A stretch of DNA of 24,000 nucleotides from Chitinophagaceae bacterium (lineage in GTDB: Bacteria; Bacteroidota; Bacteroidia; Chitinophagales; Chitinophagaceae), in assembly GCA_037200685.1 (NCBI GenBank), contig JBBCIG010000005.1:126769-150768 (forward strand), written 5' to 3'. Below are positions 15,494 to 22,834 of the stretch, piece by piece. Numbering within the stretch: the stretch's first letter is position 1; each line of letters opens with the position of its first letter. Position numbers and translations under genes: made by a program. A model generated the notes under the pieces. It had not been told where the DNA came from, did not search any database, and saw only the letters and a list, made by a program, of their open reading frames with translations.

Positions 15494-18400
15494 GTGAAAC
15501 AACTGTATTCATCCATAAAAAAAATTACCCCTCGTCTATTCGGCATTTCATTATTATGCCTGGTCTCTTTGCTATGCAATTCCCAGGCAGGATACACAAA
15601 AGCAGAGTATACGAATAAAAATGGCCTTCCTCAAAACCAGGTAAGGGGCACCTGCTTTGACAAAGAGGGATATCTGTGGATAGCAACTTATGGCGGCCTC
15701 AGCCGGTTTGACGGCAAAAATTTTTCAACTTTCAATATTAAAAATACACCTGCGATGCGTAATGACCGCATCGTGTATATATTTAAAGATACTGCGGGGC
15801 TGGTGCATTTTTTTGACGCTGATTATAACTTTTACAAAATAACAGGGCTTAATACTATTGTGTATGATTCATTGATGGATCAAAAAAAATATTTACTGCC
15901 AACCCAGACTGGTTTTTTCTTTTACGATAATCTGATTGATGATCCTTTACTTCCGCCGGCGCTTTTAAAAAAAGATTTAAAAAACATAAGTTTTAAATTA
16001 GCCGAATGGCTTAATGAAGATGAATGTTATAGAGAATTTGACGGTGTTTTATATTACCTTAATAACAAAAGCAAAATAATAAAGAAGCTGGGCGTATTGC
16101 CTGCAGACTTTAACTGGTGGGGGTTTGTTACAAACGGCATTTTTGTTTATTATCAACAGGGCAGATTGTCTTTTTTTAAAGATGGGATGGCCATAAAAGG
16201 TATAAATATTGCGGCTCCTGTGTTAAATCTTATAAAGGCGGCGGCAGAAAATAATTATACTTATCATGGAGAAAACAGATCGTTTTTTATTTTACATAAC
16301 AATCTTTATCAATTATCGCTGCAGAATGATAGTATAATTTCTGTAGCGATTGGAAAAAACTTACAACTCGAATCTTCTGAATTTGTAACTGCAAAGAAAG
16401 ATATGGTCAATGATAACTATATCGTTGGCACTTTAACAAGCGGGCTGTTAATCATTAAGCCTGCCGGTTTTGAAACAATGATAACCAGGAAAAATAATTT
16501 TCTTGGTTATTCGCTTTATGATGTTATTTCTCTGGGAGGTGGAAATTTTTTATGCAATTATAAAAAATTTAATGTGTATGACAGCAGCAGCAGCAGTTTA
16601 TTGCCTGTTGAGATACTGTCGAGATCATTATTTAAGTACAATGATGACCGTATACTCTTTATGGATAAAAACAACGCCTTGTTTATTGCCGATAAAGATT
16701 TTACCAATATAAAAAAACTGGCAGCCACAAGTGAATTTGATATCAGGTATGTTGAAAGTTTTGATCATACAATATGGACTTCCTTTAATAAAACGCTCTG
16801 GCAAGTGCTCCCTGACGCAACAGTAAAAAATATTAAGAACTTTAATGAAGATATTTTGTATTTGTTTGAATATGATGCCAGCCATTTATGGGTACTTACC
16901 GTAAAAGGTATGTTAGAGTACAACATTATAGACAACAGTATTTCAGCAAAACCATTATTCCCTAATTTACAGATACGCAGCATTTACCGGGCAAAAGATA
17001 ATTCTATATGGCTGGGCACTTATGGCAATGGCTTATATAAATACTATGAGAAAAAGATAGTTGCGTTACCGCTTGACAGCAAGGAAGTATTATCCAACGC
17101 ACATAATTTTTATGAAGATGCGAAAGGTTTTTTTTGGATACCAACCAATAACGGGCTTATTCAGTGCCTTAAATCCGATTTGGATGCTTATGTAAAAGAC
17201 AGTACGCTTGTACCTTATTATTATAGATACTCTAACAGTGACGGGTTAATTACGAATGAATTTAATGGCGGCTCAAACTCGCCCTATGGTATAGATGAAA
17301 AAGGAACGCTTGTTTATCCCTCTATTAATGGGGTTGCTTTCTTTTCTCCCTTAAAAATGCATCCTGTCACCGCTTCCGGCAATATTACTATCAGTTCGGC
17401 AATGCTTGATGATAAACTTATTCCTGTTTCGGAAAAGATTACTATACCATCCGGGTTCAGCCGGCTTACTATAAATATTGGCCTTAGCTTTTTTGGCAGT
17501 GAGGAGAATTTGGTACTGGAATATAATGTTGAAGGTTTAAATACAGAATGGTACCAGGTGCCTGCCAACAGGCAGATAGTATTAAACAGGTTGCCGACCG
17601 GGGAATATAAATTATTAATAAGAAAGCGTAATGGATTTGGCGTTAATAATTATCAATATGAGCAATTCGATTTTACCGTGCAGCCTCATTTTTATGAGAC
17701 CCGTTGGTTCAATATCGCCATGGTCGGTGTCATCATCGGTATTGTAGGGCTTTTCTTCTACCTGAAAAATCGTTCAGTAATAAAAGGTAAAAAAACACTC
17801 GAAAAACAAGTGCGGCAACGGACAACGGAACTCGATAATATGGTTTTGCAATTGAATACTACAATGGAGGAGCTATACAGTTCCGAACAAAAATTATTTG
17901 ATTCCAATAAAGTGAAGGACAAAGCGATATCCATCATCTTGCATGATATTAAAGCTCCCGTACGGTACCTGAGCATGGCCGCCGGCAGTATGCACAGCAG
18001 TGTATTCAACCTTAGCCGCAATGAAATGAAAACCTTATCAGCCAGCTTCGCGGAGTCGGCGCAGAACGTGAATATGTTTGTGGAAGAGCTGCTCGAATGG
18101 CTGCTGATAGAGCGGAAAGAATTTTCCGCTAGCTATTCTAACTTTCTTATTTACGACCTGATGAAAGAAATCGGCGACTTATACAAAGGGGTCGCCTTTG
18201 CGAATAATAACACGATCACGATTGTGCCGGTGTCAAAAAATATTAACGTGACCGCTGATTATAAAATACTACAACTCATTATACGCAACCTTTTAGATAA
18301 TGCATTAAAACATACCAGCAATGGCCAAATCACTTTATCGGCGGAACAACCAGGCGATAATAACACACACATCACTATAAAAGATACGGGAAAAGGTATA

Positions 18401-18589
18401 AGCAAAGCGGAACTCGAATCTATTAAGAATGATACCTTAAATACTGATATCAAAGGCACAAGCGGGCTGGGCTATGGCCTTGTGAAAAGTTTTTTAAAGC
18501 TTATAAATGGCACTTTGTCCATTGAAAGTAAACAAGGCAAAGGCACTGAAGTAACAATCGTCTTCCCCCTGTTATCAAATGACATATAA
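15494..18589 (+). CDS. Sensor histidine kinase with periplasmic two-component-regulator propeller repeats and Y_Y_Y domain
   Basis: 1031 aa with a GTG start and signal/anchor LFGISLLCLVSLLCNSQA. It contains:
- Reg_prop-type repeats (NGLPQNQVRGTCFDKEGYLWIATYGGLSRFDG; IRSIYRAKDNSIWLGTYGNGLYKY; FYEDAKGFFWIPTNNGLIQ);
- a Y_Y_Y-like segment (LEYNVEGLNTEWYQV..LPTGEYKLLIRKRN);
- a TM helix (WFNIAMVGVIIGIVGLFFYL);
- an H-box (ILHDIKAPVRYL);
- N/G boxes (IIRNLLDNALKHT, DTGKGIS, GLGYGLV).
There is no receiver or AraC domain, so it is not a classical hybrid two-component system. Confidence 0.9.
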   Translation: MKQLYSSIKKITPRLFGISLLCLVSLLCNSQAGYTKAEYTNKNGLPQNQVRGTCFDKEGYLWIATYGGLSRFDGKNFSTFNIKNTPAMRNDRIVYIFKDTAGLVHFFDADYNFYKITGLNTIVYDSLMDQKKYLLPTQTGFFFYDNLIDDPLLPPALLKKDLKNISFKLAEWLNEDECYREFDGVLYYLNNKSKIIKKLGVLPADFNWWGFVTNGIFVYYQQGRLSFFKDGMAIKGINIAAPVLNLIKAAAENNYTYHGENRSFFILHNNLYQLSLQNDSIISVAIGKNLQLESSEFVTAKKDMVNDNYIVGTLTSGLLIIKPAGFETMITRKNNFLGYSLYDVISLGGGNFLCNYKKFNVYDSSSSSLLPVEILSRSLFKYNDDRILFMDKNNALFIADKDFTNIKKLAATSEFDIRYVESFDHTIWTSFNKTLWQVLPDATVKNIKNFNEDILYLFEYDASHLWVLTVKGMLEYNIIDNSISAKPLFPNLQIRSIYRAKDNSIWLGTYGNGLYKYYEKKIVALPLDSKEVLSNAHNFYEDAKGFFWIPTNNGLIQCLKSDLDAYVKDSTLVPYYYRYSNSDGLITNEFNGGSNSPYGIDEKGTLVYPSINGVAFFSPLKMHPVTASGNITISSAMLDDKLIPVSEKITIPSGFSRLTINIGLSFFGSEENLVLEYNVEGLNTEWYQVPANRQIVLNRLPTGEYKLLIRKRNGFGVNNYQYEQFDFTVQPHFYETRWFNIAMVGVIIGIVGLFFYLKNRSVIKGKKTLEKQVRQRTTELDNMVLQLNTTMEELYSSEQKLFDSNKVKDKAISIILHDIKAPVRYLSMAAGSMHSSVFNLSRNEMKTLSASFAESAQNVNMFVEELLEWLLIERKEFSASYSNFLIYDLMKEIGDLYKGVAFANNNTITIVPVSKNINVTADYKILQLIIRNLLDNALKHTSNGQITLSAEQPGDNNTHITIKDTGKGISKAELESIKNDTLNTDIKGTSGLGYGLVKSFLKLINGTLSIESKQGKGTEVTIVFPLLSNDI

Positions 18590-18742
18590 AAGCGAGATTA
18601 TTAGCTCCACTCTTTTTTTAAGCATTTTATACACATCCTGGTTGTAATATCTAAAAGAAACTCTACTATTTTTCGATTGTTATCTATAGTATATCTGCTC
18701 CGCTTGTTGTTGTTTTACAGCTTCTGTGAAGTTTAGAAATAT

Positions 18743-18757
18743 ATTTCAATTGTTTAT
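18743..18757 (+). promoter_or_regulatory. Candidate regulatory motif (site S4: ATTTCAATTGTTTAT)
   Basis: It matches the S1 core at 14/15 positions, and both sites have tagaa just upstream (positions 14309 and 18734), separated by a 2-nt indel. It lies in the 678-nt gap between the kinase gene and the first RCC1-like gene. Confidence 0.3.
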
Positions 18758-18811
18758 GCAATGAAAAGACTGGCGCCCTTTATAAACTTATTTAGGGAAG
18801 TATAGCCAGAT

Positions 18812-18846
18812 AGCCGGGGAGGTGTGGGGGCCGAACCGGCTTTTTT
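18812..18846 (+). terminator. Hairpin plus T-run (terminator-like; G-rich loop resembles the REP tail)
   Basis: The stem agccgg (18812..18817) / ccggct (18836..18841) has an 18-nt G-rich loop (ggaggtgtgggggccgaa) and is followed by TTTTT. Confidence 0.4.
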
Positions 18847-18891
18847 ATTATTTGATGTGATTTATTATATAAAGGAGAATCAATGATTCAG

Positions 18892-18923
18892 CGTTCCATT
18901 AAAACAATGGAGCGTTTTTTTTT
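18892..18923 (+). terminator. Rho-independent terminator-like hairpin
   Basis: The stem cgttccatt (18892..18900) / aatggagcg (18906..18914) is 9 bp with one G-U and loop aaaac, followed by nine T (18915..18923). It lies inside a possible 29-codon ORF starting at ATG 18883. Confidence 0.55.
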
Positions 18924-19267
18924 GAATACTATTAACAGCAAAGACCTGCTACATCATCAGTCTTTTTATAAATAATAAATAGAGAGAATTCTATTTTTTT
19001 TGGATTATTATCCAGTATGTTTTAGGTATTCATATTATTCCTTTACATCTGCATATTCGAACCACATTAATTTTTTCGATTTGCTTTTTAACCTTGTCGC
19101 AATGTCTACCTATCCAGGAGCCTCCCTTCATTTAACTATCGTTTATCGACATGCATTCACAAATAGTGAATACAGCAGAAATTAAAAAGTATAAAAGTGG
19201 TGAAGCGATAAGATAAATTATGATTTAATAAAACAATTTAGCCCTACCAAGTTAAAACCTGTCCTTT

Positions 19268-21904
19268 ATGAAAAAACAATTACTACTATTTTTTACTTTC
19301 AGTTTGTTACTTTCAGCATTTAGCGTAAATGCCCAAACCTGCTCACCCGACCCCAACGGCTGCACCGATTACAGCAATGCTTTTTTAAACAGCACTACGG
19401 CTGCCACGCTGGAGTATGATAATGTAGTATCCATGTTTCACAGCAGCGGCGTACGTAGTAATGATGGTACCTGGATGGTTTGGGGAGAAGGTATAGCAAG
19501 TGATGGCGTAAGCAATATCTTAATTCCACAAGCCATTAACAGTACCAATTACCCGGGGCTTACCGGCACTGTATTAAAATTTACCGCCGGCAGTTTCCAA
19601 TCAAATAGCGGGCAAAACATAGTATTAACTACTACAGGCCTGTTTGTATGGGGCACTACAGGCACGGTACTAAGCAGTTCACTTGTTGCTACCACCGCAT
19701 TCCAGCCATTAACAGTAAATGGCAATGCTACTGGCCTTCCTGCAGGTGTTAGCCCATCGCAGGTAAAAATGATATTTGCAACATATCAAACACTTGCTAT
19801 AGTTACCTGCGGCGGTGCAGGCTATGTCCTTGCACAAAACCCATTTTTCCAGGGAGACGGGTCTGCCGGAAATTCTCTTATCTGGCACCAGGTTTTAAAT
19901 ACTTCCTCTGTGGCTGTAACCGGCATTGTAGCCATCCGCGGATGTGGTAATGCCTTAATGCTTCTTACCAGCGGTGGCGCTGTTCGTACCTGGGGCCGGC
20001 GAATATATCTTGGGAATGGAACAGCCGTCTCAAGCGGTACCAGGTCAGTTGCAATGACGCTACCCGCCGGTGTTACCATTAAAATGATTGGTTGTACGGG
20101 TAGTTATTCTCAACCAACTGTTGCCTATTATTTGTTGGCTACCAATGGCAACCTGTATTGTATGGGCGATAACGGCGATTTACAATTGGGTGATTTTACT
20201 ACTACTGCCCGGACAGGCTGGGCGCAGCCCTTGCTATCCGCAGGGGGCAGCACTATTCCAAATATAGCATGGATAGCTCCCAACGGGCATGATGGCGGCA
20301 GTAGCGGTACTATTAATAACTCCATTAATGTGCTTACTACTAACGGTACTCTGTATGCCTGGGGTGATGATGATGCCCAAATGTTGGGCGGACCCGTCGG
20401 CAATGCACCTATGAATCCTACTGCACAGCCGGGCGGACTCCTGGCTACAGACCAGGTCATAGCTGTGTCAACAGGGGGGCATTTTAGCATGATATGGAAA
20501 AAATGCACCAGCAATTTTGCCTTTGCAGGGCATAGAACAAATGGTAGTGCTGCCAGTGGCAGTGCTGCAGGCGCTGTTATTGGGACTTATGATTTTTCAT
20601 CAACGTTAAACACTTTTTCTATATGTACTGAACCAATAATACCAACATTAACCGCCAGTACAAGCAGCATTTGCCAGGGCTCTGCTACTGTACTTACACC
20701 CGGCCCGGCAGGCGGCACGTTTAGTGTGCTTAGCGCAAATGCAACCATGGCGGGAAATACGGCTACAATTACTGCCGTTGATACGGTGCAAATACAATAT
20801 ACTTATACACCCAGCGGTTGCGCCGTGGTAGATACACTTTACCAGTACGATTATGGCAATCTTACCACAGCCACATGGCCCATTGCCAATGCATCTGCAT
20901 TGGCAACCAATGCAGCCTGGTTGGGTAACATTTCACCAAATACAGATTGCGGCACCAATACATCAGATGCTGCAGATGGATTTACTATTGCCAATGCCAT
21001 TAGTGGCGGCGGCACACAGGCAAGCCCGTGGATATTACGTGGCGCTAATAATTATACATTCCAGGTAACAGTTAATGGCAGTGGCACAGCCAAACCGGTT
21101 TACTGGGCGGTATGGTATGATGTAAACAGCAATGGAAATTTTACCGATGCAGAGGATTTTTTTCAAACAGGAAATATCAATCACGGCAGTCCTGTCAATA
21201 CTTCTTTTAGTGTTACTGTACCAACAACGGGTACAGCGGCAGGCGCCAGCGCCGGAAAAATAAGAATAATAGGCGCTGCAACCAATCCAACATTTGCGAA
21301 AGCTATGAACGGCACAGGAAGTTTTGTAAATGGTGAAGTAGAGGATTATTATGTAAGTTATCCCATCCTGTTACCGTTAACACTTACAAATTTTACTGCA
21401 AGCAAACAAATCAATCATTCATTATTAAACTGGCAAACTGCCAGTGAGCAAAACACAAAAGATTTTATAATAGAAAGAAGTGCTAACGGGAACAACTATG
21501 TTTCCCTTGGTACAATAGCAGCCGCAGGCAACAGCACTTCAACCCGCAATTATTTTTTTACAGATAACAATCCCATCAGCGGCGCTAATTACTACCGCTT
21601 AAAAATGGTTGATATAGATGGCCATTTTAAATACAGTGATATACGGGTATTGAATTTTGGTAACGATGTAAACAATATCATTCTCACTTATCCCAATCCT
21701 GCAAAAGACAAACTAACGGTAACAGGTATCGAAGCAGGTATGCAGTTAAGATTGATGAACAATGTTGGGCAGCAGTTGACAAATATTTTATCAACCGGAA
21801 ACACCATGCAGGTAGATGTAAGCAAATATGCATCGGGCATTTACATCTTACAAATAGTAAGTAAAGATGAAGTGGTGAAGAATGTTAAGATAATTAAGAA
21901 TTAA
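19268..21904 (+). CDS. Secreted multidomain protein: RCC1-like seven-bladed propeller + Ig-like region + GEVED domain + T9SS C-terminal sorting domain
   Basis: 878 aa with signal peptide MKKQLLLFFTFSLLLSAFSVNAQ. Seven WG/G-rich blade motifs occur at roughly 53-67-aa spacing: GTWMVWGEG, GLFVWGTTG, GAGYVLAQN, GAVRTWGRR, GNLYCMGDNGDLQLGD, GTLYAWGDDDAQMLGG, NFAFAGHRTNG. The GEVED signature is SFVNGEVEDYYV. A beta-sandwich module follows (LTNFTAS..LNWQTASEQNTKDFIIERS..YYRLKMVDIDGHFKYS). The Por_Secre_tail-type end is TYPNPAKDKLTV...YASGIYILQIV...VKIIKN. Confidence 0.85.
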   Translation: MKKQLLLFFTFSLLLSAFSVNAQTCSPDPNGCTDYSNAFLNSTTAATLEYDNVVSMFHSSGVRSNDGTWMVWGEGIASDGVSNILIPQAINSTNYPGLTGTVLKFTAGSFQSNSGQNIVLTTTGLFVWGTTGTVLSSSLVATTAFQPLTVNGNATGLPAGVSPSQVKMIFATYQTLAIVTCGGAGYVLAQNPFFQGDGSAGNSLIWHQVLNTSSVAVTGIVAIRGCGNALMLLTSGGAVRTWGRRIYLGNGTAVSSGTRSVAMTLPAGVTIKMIGCTGSYSQPTVAYYLLATNGNLYCMGDNGDLQLGDFTTTARTGWAQPLLSAGGSTIPNIAWIAPNGHDGGSSGTINNSINVLTTNGTLYAWGDDDAQMLGGPVGNAPMNPTAQPGGLLATDQVIAVSTGGHFSMIWKKCTSNFAFAGHRTNGSAASGSAAGAVIGTYDFSSTLNTFSICTEPIIPTLTASTSSICQGSATVLTPGPAGGTFSVLSANATMAGNTATITAVDTVQIQYTYTPSGCAVVDTLYQYDYGNLTTATWPIANASALATNAAWLGNISPNTDCGTNTSDAADGFTIANAISGGGTQASPWILRGANNYTFQVTVNGSGTAKPVYWAVWYDVNSNGNFTDAEDFFQTGNINHGSPVNTSFSVTVPTTGTAAGASAGKIRIIGAATNPTFAKAMNGTGSFVNGEVEDYYVSYPILLPLTLTNFTASKQINHSLLNWQTASEQNTKDFIIERSANGNNYVSLGTIAAAGNSTSTRNYFFTDNNPISGANYYRLKMVDIDGHFKYSDIRVLNFGNDVNNIILTYPNPAKDKLTVTGIEAGMQLRLMNNVGQQLTNILSTGNTMQVDVSKYASGIYILQIVSKDEVVKNVKIIKN

Positions 21905-21947
21905 GAATTAAAAATTAGGAATTAAGAATTGTGTCCAATAGTTATAG

Positions 21948-22009
21948 AACACTTTAAATAATCAGAGTCTCAAAGCCCCTCTTCTGATGGAGAAGGGTTG
22001 GGGTGAGGT
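21948..22009 (+). repeat. REP-like element, copy B (left direct repeat of the ORF6N cassette)
   Basis: The head aacactttaaataatcagagtctcaaagcccctct (21948..21982) matches 22735..22769 at 34/35. A short hairpin core follows. The tail ggttggggtgaggt (21996..22009) is identical to 22804..22817. Confidence 0.75.
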
Positions 22010-22035
22010 TAATTGCGAATGTATAAAAGAGTTCA

Positions 22036-22083
22036 AAATAATTCAGAGTCTGAAGTCCTCGCCAGCCGGCGGGGACTTAGGGC
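22036..22083 (+). repeat. REP-like element, variant copy B' (tandem to copy B)
   Basis: It shares the head aataat(t)cagagtct(g)aag with copies B and C. The core is an 11-bp hairpin, aagtcctcgcc (22052..22062) / ggcggggactt (22067..22077), with loop agcc and one G-U. Confidence 0.6.
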
Positions 22084-22097
22084 TAAATATTAAGAAC

Positions 22098-22694
22098 ATG
22101 CAAATACTGCAAAGCATACAAAACAGGATTTACGAAATACGTGGCGAGCGGGTAATGCTTGACAGTGATTTGGCAGCATTATATGAAGTGGAGACGAAAC
22201 GTTTGACCGAGACTGTAAAACGTAACATAAAACGATTCCCCAAAGATTTCATGTTTCAGCTTACTAAAGAAGAATTTGAGGGTCTGCGGTCACAAATTGT
22301 GACCGCAGACACGGAAAATTCTTTAAAGTCACAAATTGCGACCTTAAATGAAAAAACTTCTTTGAGGTCGCAATTTGCGACCTCAAAGGGGAAGGGTGGA
22401 AATAGGTATTTACCCTACGCCTTCACCGAACAGGGTGTAGCCATGCTTAGCGGCATATTAAATTCTGATAAAGCAATCAGCATGAATATTTCCATCATGA
22501 GGGCTTTTGTAGAAACCAGGAAAATCATGTTCCGGCAAAATGACCTTAAAGAACAAATGAAAGAAATAAAGGAACGGCTGGGAGAGCATGATGTACAACT
22601 GAATAGTATATATGATGCAATAGAAAATCTGTTAGACGAAAAAGCAGCGCAAAGAAAATGGGATGACAGGGAAAGAATAGGATTTAAAAAATAA
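22098..22694 (+). CDS. ORF6N domain (KilA-N-related, antirepressor-like) DNA-binding protein
   Basis: The track ORF starts at 21987, but its first 37 codons translate the REP elements. ATG 22098 gives MQILQSIQNRIYEIRGERVMLDSDLAALYEVETKRLTETVKRNIKRFPKDFMFQLTKEE, the canonical ORF6N N-terminus. YLPYAFTEQGVAMLSGILNSDKAISMNISIMRAFV follows, then a C-terminal coiled-coil-like tail. Confidence 0.85.
   Translation: MQILQSIQNRIYEIRGERVMLDSDLAALYEVETKRLTETVKRNIKRFPKDFMFQLTKEEFEGLRSQIVTADTENSLKSQIATLNEKTSLRSQFATSKGKGGNRYLPYAFTEQGVAMLSGILNSDKAISMNISIMRAFVETRKIMFRQNDLKEQMKEIKERLGEHDVQLNSIYDAIENLLDEKAAQRKWDDRERIGFKK
22284..22400 (+). repeat. Three in-frame tandem 39-bp units (13 aa each), each carrying a long palindrome
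   Basis: The units are 22284..22322 (LRSQIVTADTENS), 22323..22361 (LKSQIATLNEKTS) and 22362..22400 (LRSQFATSKGKGG). The palindromes are:
- ctgcggtcacaa-a-ttgtgaccgcag (22284..22308), perfect 12-bp arms;
- tttaaagtc...gaccttaaa (22322..22348), imperfect;
- tttgaggtcgcaa-t-ttgcgacctcaaa (22361..22387), perfect 13-bp arms. Confidence 0.85.
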
Positions 22695-22734
22695 AGAGGA
22701 AAGGTATTGATAGTTGATAATTGTGAAGAATAAA

Positions 22735-22817
22735 AACACTTTAAATAATCAGGGTCTCAAAGCCCCTCTCCTTAAGGAGAGAGCCTGTCCCGATTTTTCG
22801 GGAGGTTGGGGTGAGGT
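22735..22817 (+). repeat. REP-like element, copy C (right direct repeat of the ORF6N cassette; two hairpins)
   Basis: The head and tail match copy B as described above. The core holds two hairpins: ctctcc-ttaa-ggagag (22766..22781) and tcccg-attttt-cggga (22788..22803). Confidence 0.75.
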
Positions 22818-22834
22818 CTAAAAACAAACTCATA

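Noticed and set aside
16582-16596. (CAG)5 trinucleotide run encoding SSSSS in the kinase sensor domain
   Set aside because: It is too short to argue for phase or length variation. It is in frame and probably an innocuous low-complexity loop.
19000-19185. 61-aa + strand ORF upstream of the first RCC1-like gene
   Set aside because: It is an AT-rich, Tyr/Phe/Ser-rich sequence with no motif, lying in a probable promoter region. It is likely spurious.
21987-22097. N-terminal extension MEKGWGEVNCE... of the ORF6N track ORF
   Set aside because: These codons are the translation of REP-like copies B and B'. The canonical ORF6N N-terminus begins at ATG 22098.
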